Part shown: in pieces, positions 26,148 to 39,658 of the stretch
How positions within the stretch are numbered: the stretch's first letter is position 1
Layout of the letters: each line of letters opens with the position of its first letter
Assembly: GCA_965113315.1 (NCBI GenBank)
Contig: OZ220363.1
Origin: Podarcis vaucheri
Taxonomy: Eukaryota
Direction: 5' to 3' (one strand)
Length of the DNA stretch: 64,000 bases
Notes under the pieces: generated by a model
What the model saw: only the letters and a program-made list of their open reading frames with translations
What the model was told of the DNA's origin: nothing
Databases searched by the model: none
Program-made: the position numbers and the translations under genes

Positions 26148-26703
26148 TATATATTATAATATTTAAGTACTGAGAGAGCAGAAAACCTTAGGCCTCTATA
26201 CTCTAAATTTCTGGGTCAAATAGATTGTGGATTCAACTAGATATCAGCAACAGTAACAAAAAACACACCAAAAAATTCACATCCCTAATGGGCAATTGAC
26301 TTTTAAGGGGGACCTTTTAAGTGTGACCCCATAGCCTTTAATAGTGTCTTGAAACTGCTTGACTGCTGCCTCTCTCTTTATCTCTGCCAGGAACATGTGT
26401 TCAAAGCTAGAACAAAGCTCACTTCAGTGTTTAGCAGTAGGAAAATAGTATCAGTCCATTTTGCATAGCCTAAAAAAATTGAAATTTGAGTGAGAAACTC
26501 CAGGCTGTAATGTTTGATGGTAGCACCTCTTGTTCCCCTGCTTACTTTTGACTGAAATGAAATGTACAATTGTTCTCAAACTTGGGAGTTCAGTTTTGGT
26601 TGGTGGTGCTCATTTTATCCAAGAAGAAAGAGCTTCTCGGTCCAAAGTCTTAAAACAGAGAGGAGAAGGAAAGGAAAGATTTGTGTGATGGGCTTTTTGA
26701 GTA

Positions 26704-26944
26704 CAGTCGTACCTTGGCTCTCGAATGCCTTATGTCTCGAATGTTTTGGCTCCTGAACTCCCCAAACCCAGAAGTGAGTGTTCCGGTTTGCAAACGTTCT
26801 TTGGAACCTGAACATCCAACACGGCTTCCAATTGAGTGCAGGAAGCTACTGCAGCCAATCGGAAGCCATGCTTTGGTTTTCTAATGTTTTCAGAAGTCAA
26901 ACAGATTTCTGAACGGATTCCGTTCAAGAACCAAAGTACCACTG
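26704..26944. mobile_element. Tc1/mariner (Tigger-like) MITE, older copy
   Basis: CAGTCGTACCTTGG...CCAAAGTACCACTG with TA flanks. Confidence 0.8.
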
Positions 26945-29900
26945 TACTGTATTGTGTACAGGGCTTTTTTCAGCTGGAGCTCACCAAAGCTCAGCTCTGG
27001 CACTTCTCAGTGGGTGCCCTTGCCATTCTAAGAGAAAAAGGGAAATGTTCAGCACCTCTTTTTCTAGAAAAATAGAACAGCTTCTTATGCTGGTTACAAT
27101 GTCCAGTCTACACTCTTACCTTCCAACACGAAAATTACATTAAGGGAATGTAACTCACAAGCTGTGTACACTGGTGTTCTACAGGACGGACTGAAATGGG
27201 TGTTGAAATTAAGTCAGCGTGTTGGGTGTTCTTTGTATTGTTATGCAGAAATTATTTTCTTCCTCCCCAACACCCAAACATAAGCAGTGAAGGAGAGTGA
27301 AATAATTCACCAGGATACTCTCATGCAGTCTGCACTGTGACTGAGAAGTATGGGGCAGTCCCAGAAGCATCATCACTGCTCAGAAAGCAATGGCTCATAG
27401 CTGAGTTATGAATAAATGGGCAAGGAAAGCAGGACATGGCAAAATAATATCGCACAGATGCACATAGCTTCAGGATCAGGAAGAACACAAAATGTATGTG
27501 TGGTGTGCAAGCTTGAAGTGTTCATCTGTTTTAATCCAAATAAACCCAGTAAGATAAGGTATCTTATTTTCATGAATATTTTCACCTTCCTATGCACTGG
27601 CATTGAATATTCAGGGCAATTAGCTGAAGAGATGATCTGATCTGATCATAGTTGTGAGTTCCATGAGTATTATCAGTTCCTGTGCATCTGTTTACCCATT
27701 CAAAAGTACAGAAAACAATGTGTGTGTCCTTGATGTTCATGTTACGAGCAGTTGGCTTAATTGTGCATTTTGTTCATTAATCAAACATACAGAAATCAGT
27801 GGGCAATTGATGTGCATTGCTTGGATAATTTGCTTAATTGCTGCAAAGCAACTTTCATGGTTAAGCTGATGCATCAGGTTTTCTCAAGAATTTGATTATA
27901 ATACATGCCACCAGTTAGGGCCATTGTCGAAAGCCGTGAAATGAGGAGTACGGTATTTTACGAGAGGAATATTACAGTGCTTGCAGCATCTCTGTGTGAT
28001 TCAAGTATCGCAAATGGTTCATTAAGAAACTATTGCAGTAATGTTTATAGTTTGTTTAATTGCTGTCATTCCTTTAGTATAAGATGTAATGACTACTAGG
28101 ACACAGACCTTTTGACCAGCTTTTGTCTTAATAGGTGTTTATACTTACTACTCAAGAGGCATGAAGGGAATAGAAATATTTGAAGCAAGAATACATACAT
28201 ACTTAATATAGATTATGCCTTAATTATAACTGTTAAGTGATATTGAGTTAAGAGATCATTTTTTTAAGGGGGGAAAAACAATATACCAGTAGACCCAGGG
28301 AATTCCCAATGTATTAAAATAGTAGACGGACCATGAAGACTGAAATTGGCCCACCAGTAAAGTAGACAGCGAACTCGAATATGATGCCCCTTTTCAGGTT
28401 GCACAAGTAGGGCTGTTCAAAATGTTAATATGTGAGCATTTTTACAGTTGTTCGTGGAGCTGAAATGCTACCCAAAGATTATGAGGAGGCAGATGCTAAT
28501 TGTTAGTAGATTTTTTTTGGGGGGGGGATTTGTAACTGGTTAATGAGGTGGTCCAGGGACTAGTGTTTTGTTTTCTGTCTCTTGTTTTAAAATGAAGGGG
28601 CAGCTTGACAACACACACTTGGGAAATGGGCCCACTAAAAAAAAAGAATAAGAGAATCAGCCCAATCTGTATCAAAGTTAGTAAAGAATACATTCACCAC
28701 CACCCTCACATTTCAGAGAACTTGGGGCCCTTCCCCTGGATACCACAAAATGTCTCCCCTTGTTTCTATTCAAAGGTCTACTGAAGGTGGGAGAGAGGGT
28801 TTTATGCTGTCCCAGGCACAGGATCACCCCCAAATATAGTCCTACTTACCAAGAGACAAAACTGCCCTTGGCTGCTTTTCCAGACTAAAGCTGCTTATAT
28901 ATAATTACTCTTAACTTTGGATAATTGGCTTCCTAAATAAGTAATGCCATTGTGATTTAGTTGGCATTGTTTCTAATGGACACAGGAGATTTGGATTTAA
29001 ATCTCCGCTCAGCCCTGAAATTCTCAAAGTCTGCCTTGGGAAGCTCACTCTAGTGCAAGAGCTTTGCCCCATGTTTGCCCCATATTTCTGGCTAGTCAGC
29101 TACATATTGCAGGTGAACATTGTGTGCATATAGACATTTTCAAAGAATCACATCCGCCTAGACCGATTGGGTGAGACACCTTTTGAAATAGCCCCAGAAA
29201 GAAGAGCTACTCTGCAAAATCAAGTGTCTCTCTCTTCAACATTCCTCTATTGTAGCGGCCAACCAAAACTGTTGTGGGCATCACTTGGAATCTGAGCTCC
29301 ATGAAATGATTTCTTAATGCAGCAGGCATCATTTGGGGTTCAGAAATGGGAACTATGGCAAGAATCTAAAATTCCTAATTAAATGCAAATCCCTTCTGGA
29401 TTCTATCCAGAAGAGCCAATCCCGACATTGTCTGCTCTTCATGGACAAAGCAGATTTCAGTTCTGAGAAGTAAAAACTGTCTATGAGGTTTTGACATACA
29501 GGCTTCCATTGTTGGTTATTTGCCTATTCCATACAACACAAAGCAGGAAAACATTCAGTTGGCAGAGATACAGTTCATTAGATGTAATGTAGCTGGGCAC
29601 AGGCATCTCTTTGCCTTAATGTTGGCCACCCCAATTCTGCAGACCTGTGAAAGAATTAGCAGCCTGTCAAATGACAGTTGGTTTCCTATATGGTCAATGC
29701 GGCTAGAAGTCTTTATGTTAAATGTTGGAGATTACAAACCATACCAATAAAAAGTATGGGTTGGGGAAAACCTGGGAAGCCAGCTTAACATATTTTCTAA
29801 GAGGTTGAGAAAGAAGAGACAAGACTGGAAAAATGGATGAAATCTATTGATTATAGTAAGGGATTTCAAACCAAACAAGCATTATGGATTTAAAATGGAG

Positions 29901-31735
29901 TAGTATTTGTGAATCACTATTTTGGAAAATAGATATGTTTTATTTATTATGGGATAGAATAAGGAATCTATGGAAATAGTGCTTTATGTTTTAACATGGG
30001 ATTATAGCAGGTAGGAGGATTAATCTTCTGAATAAGCTTTTAGTTAGTAACATTATTGTTAAGTGATTATTAAGGGATAATGGTTTTGCTCACTTATAAT
30101 TAATAATCTTACTCATTTTGTGTTATAATTATTTATGCTGTTGTGAAAACAATAAATTATTTTATTTTTTTTTTAAAAAAAAGAATTTGTAGTCTGTCTG
30201 CCTACAAATCCTGGCTCTTGGCATGTGGATGACCTCAAAATGTGGAGGTGTCTCTATTTCAGCTTGCAAAATCTTTGTAAATCACAAGAGGTGATTTTTC
30301 CTTTGCAAAGTAGAACTAGGTTAGCATTTTTTTTAAAAAAAAAAGAAGGCAGCTGGTTTTAAATATGACAGGGCTTGCTTTGCTACACAGTCAACTGCTT
30401 TCTCCCTAAATCTGGATTTTTTGGAAAAACCTACAATTATGTACTTTTACTGAAGTACAAAAGGTGTGTCTCTGACGCATACCACTGCAATATTTCTTTC
30501 CCAATTTTTATGTTAGCAAACTTCTCAAACAAAGGAGGAGGCAGAAAAGAATATCAAGTCCTTGAAGCTCTTCAGTCCAAATTATTCCAGCGTTCAGGTT
30601 TAATTGGCTAAAAGAAATCTGGAGGTGTTAGTTCTGAGAGGTAGGAAGCCCAGGGAACCCTCTGACAATCCAGATTTGCAGAAGGCACACAAAGTCTGTT
30701 TGCTTGCTTGTTTGTTTCAGTTACATTAGCTACCATTGGGTTCCGCTGCTATTTATTTCTTCGCATAGAATGAAGAGTTCATGTTGTTTTCTGTAGCTGT
30801 GGGGTGACCATTCTTGGATCTCCCTGAGAATTCTTACTAATTTATTCCCAACAATTCAGTGCCTAAACTCTGGCATTCATGTTTAAGCTTGTAATACTTT
30901 GCACCTGTGAAAAGCAGAGCACTGCCAATGTTAAAACATGTCTTTTGCATATTACGTTTTTTAAACAGTCACAGAAAGCTTTGTTGATAGGTAAGCTGTT
31001 CCCGTGCTCTCGTAAGGAGAAAGGTAATTGGTTGGCTTCCTACAAGACTCTTTCCCTTACGTTTCCCCCTTTCTAAGGAGAGAAGTGTTGGCAGAAGCTG
31101 AAAGGGTTGTGCGTGCTCAAAGCCCACTTAAAATATTAACAGGATTCTTCAGGGGCTTTTTCCCTTTGAAGGATTATTTACTCTAAATGCTAGTACATGA
31201 TCTTCAGTGTTCTGTTTTCACATCAGCATTTGTTTGTTTTTCTAACCTTCCAAATGCCTCTTTATTCATTTTTTTAAAATGTTGCTGGTATTTTTCTTCT
31301 TCTCCAAAGTGTGATGCAGTGACTTCTTAAGGTAAGTAGCAAACTGTCATTTTGAAAATAGAGTAAGACATTTTAAAGTCATTTAGTAACTAGTTGAATG
31401 CTTTGAGGGGATTAAAAAAAAGAAAAAGCCTGTGTAGTGAGGTGTATGTTGGACTGAAGCCTGGAAAGGAGTGGGTTCAAATCCCTATTTGGAGATGAAC
31501 TTTATCAAGATGACCTTGGTTCAGCTACTTGCTGCCTTTAAACCAAATCTATTTTATCTGGCTGTTAGAGAACATGAAGAGATTATTCCATGCCACCACC
31601 CTATAAGGAAGAGTGGCCAACACATGTGGGTGGGTGCATATAGCTATGATTCGTTACTAACAGTAATGGCTTTTATCCCTGAAAGTATGGAATATTTCCT
31701 TTTTATGACTGTTCATTTTTTGTCCTCAATTGTAG

Positions 31736-31849
31736 GTGAGCGTCCTTACAGACCAGGTGGAGGCCCAAGGAGAAAAGATCAGAGATCTAGAAGTTTGCCT
31801 CGAGGGGCACCAGCTGAAACTTAATGCTACCGAAGAGATGCTTCAACAG
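31736..31849 (+). CDS. PPFIBP2: Liprin-beta-2 exon (VSVLTDQVEAQGEKIRDLEVCLEGHQLKLNATEEMLQQ)
   Basis: tgTAG acceptor, CAG|GTAGGA donor, 114 nt, phase 0-0, hallmark liprin-beta coiled-coil peptide. Confidence 0.97.
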
Positions 31850-32649
31850 GTAGGAGGAGTGTGGGATTTATAAGGAATTTTTTTGTGAATAAGCAGACTC
31901 CATGTACACATCTGGCTCTATAGTCCTTTGAGATAAATAGGTGGAATTAGATATGTCTCTAGCCTCCTTACAAATAAATTTTTATGAGTTGCTTTTGCTT
32001 TCTTGATTAGTGTGTGGTGTTCTATGTTTCAGGCATATAATGCTGTGACCAGTAGGCGTGTAAATTGATACCATTGTGTGTATTATTCTTCATTAGTGTG
32101 ACAAAGAAAAGTCAACAAGAGGGCTGGATGTGGCTGAAAACCTGTTAAACTGGTTAGATGTTCTTTTTTTATATAGCTGTAGAGGTTAACCTAATGAAAT
32201 GGGTGGCTCAGAAGCTGTTTTCACAGAGTTTGGTTTGAGGTTTAAATAATGAGTGATTTTATCGAATTTGGGAAGTTTTAAGAGTTTTAATTGATATTCA
32301 TTATTTTTAACTGAGCACCTGCGTCCGAAGGTCTCCTTATATGCAGCCATTTGCTCGCAAAAGCCCACCTTTCTACAGCAGCAGACAAAGAGGGGTCAGT
32401 CTTTGCAACTTGAAGTGACTTGCTGAGTAGAACAAAAGCAACTGTTAATACATAAAACAAATTCTGAGGGATTTGTTCCTTGCAGTCTCCAGGCCTGCCT
32501 ATAATCTTGGGATTCTAGAAGTACATCACACTCTGAGATCCTGGCACAAGGAGATCCCCGTTGCTTTTCTCCAACACTAGGAGCTGACCCCTGTCTTGAA
32601 GCCCCCAAGCATGTGTTTCCTATATGCCTTCATATTCACATAAATTAGA

Positions 32650-32791
32650 GGATAGCTCAGTCAGTAGAGCATGAGACTTTCAATCTCAGGGTCATGGGTT
32701 CAAGCCCCATGTTGGGCAAAAAATTCCTGCATTGCAGGGGTTGGACTACATGACCCTGGTTGTCCCTTCCAACTCTACAGTTCTATGATTC
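32650..32791 (+). mobile_element. tRNA-Lys-derived SINE with CR1-type tail
   Basis: Head nearly matches tRNA-Lys (TAGCTCAGTCAGTAGAGCATGAGACT...AATCTCAGGGTCATGGGTTCAAGCCCCATGTTGGGC); tail ggggttggacta.atgaccct...gtcccttccaactct...ttctatgattc. Confidence 0.88.
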
Positions 32792-33610
32792 AGATCCTGG
32801 AGAAAATATGTGGCAAGCATGCTTCAAAAATACATGCTTGAAGCATGCTTCAAAAATATATTTTTCTGGAACATGCGAAGCATCCCATAAAAGCACACTA
32901 GTGAAAATGTGTTTGATAATATCATCATTTGCAAGGGAAATTTAATTTAAATTGGTGAGTTGCATTAAAACAACAACCAGGAATAAGCCCTCCATAATCT
33001 TCTCTTATGAAGTACAGTATCTAAATTGCATGTTGCTTTCACTGCCCTGAAGTTGCTTGATAGCCCTAAGCAAGCCATGGTCTCTCTGCAATATGAGGAT
33101 AGCAATACTGACACACTCAGCATGGTACTTTGCTTGTAAAACTTACAAGATAAGGTAGGTGGGGCGGCTTGAATATTTGTATAGCACTCTAAAGGTTAGG
33201 TGTCATTATTCCTACACACAATTTGATACATGGTAGAATTTATCTTCTGTTTCTCTTCCGTACAGCAACGGTAGATCTTCTCAGACGTTTTAGTTGGGAT
33301 ATTCTTCAAGCTAGGACTGACTCACATAATCAAATACAACTGCCAGCAATATGTTTATAAATATATACTGTGTATATATATATATAGTCTCCAGGCTTGG
33401 CTATATGGATTCAAAGATGCTAGTGGCAAAGTATTTCCTGGAGTGCAGTGTTGCAAGTACAAACTGTGGTTCAGCATGCCAACTCTCATTGCACATCAGG
33501 TTGGTTTTGGAGTTTAGTTTAATTGTGGCATTTGCCATGAGCGTTCTTGAATCTGGGCTGTTGTGCTCTAAACAAAAAGGCACAAACTGCACAGTCCTCA
33601 AAATGTTAGT

Positions 33611-34078
33611 CTTCTTCTTCTTCTTCTTCTTTGGCAATCACTCATAGCCGAATAAAATTGTCTTCCATAAAGACGTTTTAACAATGAGTCCGTAAGTGAC
33701 TGTGGAGACCAATTCTGGATCCACACGTCCTTTTACAGTGGGGAAATTGGTTTCTGGGCGGGAGTTGATTACGTTGTAGATTTGCCAAGCGTGCCTTCCT
33801 CTTAGCATGTTTCTCCCTTGCGTCCTGAGTTTGAGTGTCTTCAAAGCCCATTACTCCTTTGGTAAAGGCTGTTCTCCAGTTGGAGCGCTCACAGGCAAGT
33901 GTTTCCCAATTGTTGGTGTTTATACTGCATTTTTAAAAATTTGCCTTGAGACAGTCTTTAAACCTCTTTTGTTGACCACCAGCATTACGCTTTCCATTTT
34001 TAACTTCGGAATATAGTTGCTTTGGAAGACAATAATCAGGTATCCACACAACATGACCAGTCCAACAAACGGATGTCG
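33611..34078 (-). mobile_element. 5'-truncated RTE-clade LINE with TSD
   Basis: Minus-strand WTGHVV..PD..LPKQLYSE...GKRNAGGQQKRFKD.LK...C.SRIGLHSHLRTH, (GAA)n tail, TSD AAATGTTAGT at 33601-33610 and 34079-34088. Confidence 0.88.
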
Positions 34079-35052
34079 AAATGTTAGTACCCAAATGGTG
34101 ACACTTTCATCACGTCTATGTCACAGAAAGCATGCATTCATGAGCATAAAGAACTGGTTATCTGTGAAGGTTGGGGCTCTGACTTCTTTCCCAGCCATGT
34201 GGCAGGAGCAGTGGAGGAGAGTCAGAGCTTCTCAGTAGTGTGCTCTAACCGTGGTTTCAATGTGACATGTGGGCCAAGCCTTACCCTATCTTTGATCATC
34301 ACAGCCATTGACTAATTTACTTGGTATCCAGCTATGTTTCCATTTGGTCTCGCTCATGATCCAAAAGCACGTGAGGCAGCTGCATCAGCTGAAAGTGAGC
34401 AGGTCTGGGCCAATTCAGTGTCTAGATGGAAGGCTGCCCAGGAACCCGATGTGCACTGCCTTGCATGCCTTGAGGAAAGGCAGGATACAAAGAATGTTAA
34501 ATAAGCACCGTCTTGGATGTTTGGTGTATTTAATTTCCAAATACTGCTTTCTGATATGAAAGTGCTGTCCCTTAGTCATTGGTGTCTTAGGCTAGTTAGG
34601 ATTTCTGGGTGGTAAGAGGAAGGTGATGCTCGTTTTTCCTTTTTTGCTATGCTTGAGGTCTCACTTTCAGCACCTGAGGAAAGTTCTGGGTCTAAGCACT
34701 GGTGAGGTATGTTTGAAATCAGTCTTTGGCTCTTTTTGCAGGGACTAAGTGTTCAAACAGTCACCCTCCTGGCAAGTTGCATGCTTCTCCTTTCTTTCTA
34801 ACTTCTCTTTTTGGACTCGTGGTGTGTAAACAGAGAAGTGGAAGCCTGCAATCCTCTGCCTCTTACTGTGTCATCTTGAAATGGTGCAAGAAGCCACATT
34901 CTCAGCTGTGTTTTAACTTAAGCGAATATTCCATTTATACCACAGCTGACACACAGCTCTTGTAAAAAGTGCCGCCCTCATCCTAGCGTGATTCTTGCTG
35001 AATTTTGGGTAGGACTCTAGCCTGTTTGTTTCCATATTGCTTTAACGAAGGA

Positions 35053-35097
35053 ATGGATTGTACCAGCTTCAACTTTCAGCAGTGTATTTCCCACAAA
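35053..35097 (+). CDS. PPFIBP2: Possible second alternative first coding exon (MDCTSFNFQQCISHK), phase 0
   Basis: ggaATGG Kozak context, 15 open codons, AAA|GTACGT donor in phase with exon 38736. No homology check possible. Confidence 0.35.
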
Positions 35098-36974
35098 GTA
35101 CGTATTAAATGTTGTGGAGTTTAAATGGAATATTCTTTTGGGATGTTCTGTTATACAGCATGAGTTCCTGCTTGCTTTTGTCTTTTTATTATCTTGGAAC
35201 AGGATGGTGGGGATTTGTGACGGATTGTAAATTCCACTTACCAGGTGAATACTCTCTGTGGGTGAATACCTTGGTCTTACACCAACTATGCAATTCAAGC
35301 TAGCTAATATTCCTCAACCCTGTCACCATTTCCAAGTTTCCAGTAAGCATAAATATGCCTGTGCTGCTGTTTTTTGTTACAAATTCATTTCATGCTTAGA
35401 TTTCAGGAAGATTAAACAGCACTTCAGTGTGAAAACTGAACACAATGTGTTAACCTCGTGCAATGTGGTTTTTATGTTGCGGTTTAGACATTAATATGAC
35501 TTTAAAGACAAAGCAAACTTAATATATGACATTGTTTTAACAGTTTCTGCAGGGTTTGCATTTTTGGATCCTTGAATTTGGGTCTTCTTTTTTTTTCTTA
35601 AGAAAGGAAAAGATTTGGAGGGGGTGTTTCTTGCAACTTACTTTGATCAGTAGTAAATGACAGATTTATAGCAGTCAGAATAAAACAAAGACGTTGCATC
35701 ATGTACTGCCAAATTTTGTTATGCTTATTTATAAATGTACTAAACAATATAGATTATACTCTGTCTGGCTGTCTCTGCTACTGTCTTTTTACAGATCCTC
35801 CTGAAACCCTTGTAGCCAAAATTAGCTCTGCACATGACATGTATTATCTTTTCACTTCAAAACCAATAACGCAATCTGTACTTTTACTTCTTACAACTCT
35901 GTATTTATTCAAGTTGCCTTCCAATTGCATCATACCGCTGGAATACTCTGTAATTTCCCCATAACAAAGTGGGTCATATTCCACTAATGAACTGCTCAAC
36001 ATAAGCATCTGCTTGAAGATGGAAATAATGACTTCCACATGTTAGCAACTGCACTGTGGCATTTTATTCAAGCTGTGCTTCAGATAATTTTCAGTTCAGT
36101 AGACTTTCTGGACCACAAGTCTCATCTGGCTAAAATTAAAGCAGCACCACTGAAGTATAACATCGGCGTTTGCTTTTCTAAAAACTAAAAGTTAGGGAAG
36201 TTGCAAGGGTGCCATGCATTGTCACTTTAAGTAAGGGTTGTATGTAAGTCCTATTCACACATTTCTGTGTTATATTCCACAGATGTGTTCACCAACTATT
36301 TTGCATCTCTTACTTTTGTGCTAGTTCAACATGTCTTTCTAACACTCTGGATGGTGATCTCTGCTTGCTTCCTTTTATAACTGCTAGCCTGATTCAAAGT
36401 TTGTCCTTACTGTTTGTGGGATAACACCGAAATCCATCTGTGTTGAATTCAAGATTAGAGCTCTTGCTTTCTAGCTGACCCTATTTGCATTTTAATGCCG
36501 GCTTCAGAAATACTTAAATTGGGACAAGACTCTCAACAGTTAGCTCCAGATCCTGTTTTCAGTGCCAAGACTTAGTCCTGGATAATGTGAAATAGCAGTT
36601 AGGGGAGAGTAGCTTTCAGCTTGTGCACTGTATCACTACACCACACAAGCAGTATTTATAAATTGGGGGTTAAGAGGGGAGGTATTTTGGGGGTGAGAGT
36701 TTAAAACAGGATTGGACAAATTCATGGGACAGATCCCTCTTTAGCCATCAGCTGCCATGGCTGTATGGAATCCTCTCCTTCACTAATATAGCACTGCTCT
36801 ATACATATCCACAAGCTACTTTTCTGTGTTCAGGAACTGCGTGCTTCTGGAATACTAATGACTTGAAGAATCTTGTTCAAGAGTGCCGGGTAAATTGTTT
36901 CTCACTGCAAGCCTGGAGACTTTCTGTCCAATAGAGCTGCTTCAGAACCCCCAGAACGCCAATGTTGGAGATGG

Positions 36975-37155
36975 CAAGAGGGGGTAGCACTTTTTCCCCT
37001 TGGCACATAGTTAAATTATGGAAGTCGTTCCCAGAGGAGGCAATGATGGCCACCAACTTGGATGGCTTTAGGGGAGGATTGAATGAATTCATGAAAGATA
37101 AGGCTATCCATTACAACTTGCTGTGATGGCTATGATCTGCCTCCATAGTCAGAGG
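36975..37155 (+). mobile_element. CR1 LINE 3' fragment
   Basis: catagttaaattatggaa...ccagaggaggc.atgatggccaccaacttggatggcttta...ttcatgaa.gataaggctatc. Confidence 0.7.
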
Positions 37156-38735
37156 ACATCCTGCCCCACTGAAGGGGGTTTGGTATGCTAGGAACCTGAG
37201 GCACATAAAGCATTAGAGATGACAAAGTTCTGTTTCAGTTTTATAGGGAGCACTCCCAAGCTGTTGAGGGCAGCCTAACCACCACTTAAAGCAACAAGAG
37301 TTCTTCTTTTGTGTGGGGGAAAACCCTCAGCCACCTCATCTTCAAAGTTGAGGCCACACCACCCTTTGCAAGTTCTGTGATCTCCTCCTCTCCCAAGTTT
37401 AATCCAGTATTCTAGGTTGGTGGGTTTGCCCCACCCTGCTCCAAAAAACAAAACAAAAAAAGATTTTAAAAGTCTGGACCAAACACTACTCTGTATATGC
37501 CTGCAAACTACTTTCCTGTGTTTGGGAAATAAACTCTTCTGGAACACACATTTAGCACAAGCCCAATGCACATTCCAATGCAAGCCTGACTTGGTTGTGC
37601 CAGATGACTTTCTGTCCAGTAGAGCTGGCCCAGGAACGAGCAAATTTACCGAAATACATAGGAGCACAGCCGACAAATTAGCCTTAAGAGTTATATTGGG
37701 CAGCACTGAACTGGAAAACTGCATGAGCAGAACAACTTGAGCAAGGGGACTTCCTGCCTGCCTCCTTTATGCATGTCCCGCATCACTCCAAAATCTGCTC
37801 TGGAGTATTGGGGAAAACCCCAGAACAGATTTAGGGGGTGTGCTGGGGGAGAAGTAATTCTGCTTGCACAAAGCGCTACAGCCTATGATCTGTAGGAATC
37901 ATGTTGTGATATGTCATTTGAATCCATCCCGCAGCATGATGTTTCAAAAACAAAATTAAAAGCAAGGTCTGATATGTAGGATTCCACACATATCCTGCCT
38001 CTGAAATATGTCTGATATGACCATAGGCAGATCTGCAGGAAGGTGAGACTGCTTAACCCTTCAGCCTTATCCATTTTGCCACTTAAAAATCTTCCCTCCA
38101 AAATCTCTTTTCACAACCACAAGTAGGAAACAATATGAATACAAGTAGGTCTTCTGCGCGTGGAAAAGCGGGGACAGGGGGTGAGGCTTAAGCAGAGGGA
38201 AAGGGTTAAGCACCTCTCCTTCTGACGCTTTCTCCATATTTCAGCCTCCCATGACAACTTCAGGTTTTTAAAAATAAAGCAGGGAATACATATACACAAT
38301 TGTGTGTAACGTGTATATGAAACAATACGCTAACGTTTAAGAAGCAGAGCTGCAAAATTCATTGCTAAGCTTTCAAAACACACTCAGTACTAACAATTGC
38401 TGTGTAATGAATTTGTTCCACTGCCTCAGCAAAAGACCCCTGTTCTGTATTCTCAAGTAAACTTGAAAATCCCTTGCCTTGTGGTGTCTTTATTTTGTCC
38501 CAGGTCTAAAAACAATTATGAAGGGTTGCTTTCCTTAATGGTAGTGAACACTTGGGTAAAATGTTTCCATAAACTAAAACATTTTTAAAATGCCTATGTG
38601 GCTCTTAACGTAATATTCATATTCAGTAAAGTGTTGCCTGTAAATTGTTCGATTTGGAGAAGGAAGTACTTTTTCTGTCAGCCATGGAATTGAGTGAATA
38701 AAAAATATCACAGACATACACTCCTATTTTTGCAG

Positions 38736-38867
38736 GAGCTGCTAAGTCGAACATTGCTGGAAACTCAGAAATTGGACCTAATGGCAGAAGTTTCAGATCT
38801 GAAGATTAAGCAGGTTGGGATGGAGAAGGAACAAAGCGAATATGAAGAGAAGCAGAACAAAGCTGAG
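38736..38867 (+). CDS. PPFIBP2: Liprin-beta-2 exon (ELLSRTLLETQKLDLMAEVSDLKIKQVGMEKEQSEYEEKQNKAE)
   Basis: ttttgCAG acceptor, GAG|GTGAGC donor, 132 nt, phase 0-0. Confidence 0.97.
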
Positions 38868-39463
38868 GTGAGCCTTGCTTGGTTGCCATTTGAATTCATG
38901 ACACTGAGAACAGACCTACATGCTCCATCTCCTAAGTAGATATTTAAAATCTGGCCACGAGCGTCTAGTTACCAGCCATGACATGGTGCATGGGAGGGTA
39001 ATGCTGTGCACTTCCTTCACCCTTTGCTAGTCTCTACCAACTATTTCCAAGTTGCTTTTCACGCAGCACAGATCCCAAGCTCGTTTCTGCAAGCTTTACT
39101 GCTCTGGTAATTTTGCTTTCTGGTCAGTCTTTGCCAAGGCTGGCGAAGTGAACTGCCATCTCTCTTTGTTGAACAATCCAGTTATTCCTGATGCAGAAAA
39201 TTACCCATCCTCCATGGAGGCTGGTGTCTCTGATGAGTCACTGCTCTGGGTAACCTTGTTCCAGTGAGGCGACATGCACATAATAGCACCTTACAGATAA
39301 ACACGGAGTGGTCTCCAGTGAGAAAGTTCATTCCACTCTAGACATCTTTGGATGCAAGAGTGGACTCCCTAATTTTACCTCTGAAAAAAAGTGTGCCACA
39401 GGTGCTAGAAGTCTGGTGAATACTCTGGCTAAGCAGTTTTTCCAAATATGACTGGGAGCAAAC

Positions 39464-39515
39464 AAAGTGTGTGTGTGTGTGTGTGCGCGCACACACACAC
39501 ACACACACACACTTT
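39464..39515. repeat. Self-complementary compound microsatellite AAA(GT)9GCGCGC(AC)11TTT
   Basis: Read directly from the sequence. Confidence 0.95.
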
Positions 39516-39658
39516 ACCATGTACCTCATTTACCATATCATTGTGACCACTCAAACTCACTCTTCTTATCGCATAGGTGCTGTCATTTGTTTGTTTGTTT
39601 GTTTCGACTTCATTCCATGTTTCCTTCGGTCTTAATTTTCTCTCTTCCTCTTGTGTAG

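Noticed and set aside
32650-32720. Functional tRNA-Lys gene
   Set aside because: Acceptor stem incomplete, anticodon loop mutated, and fused to a CR1-type tail, so it is a SINE head.
34356-34400. MIQKHVRQLHQLK + GTGAGC as a first exon
   Set aside because: Weak Kozak context and no other support; compatible with chance.
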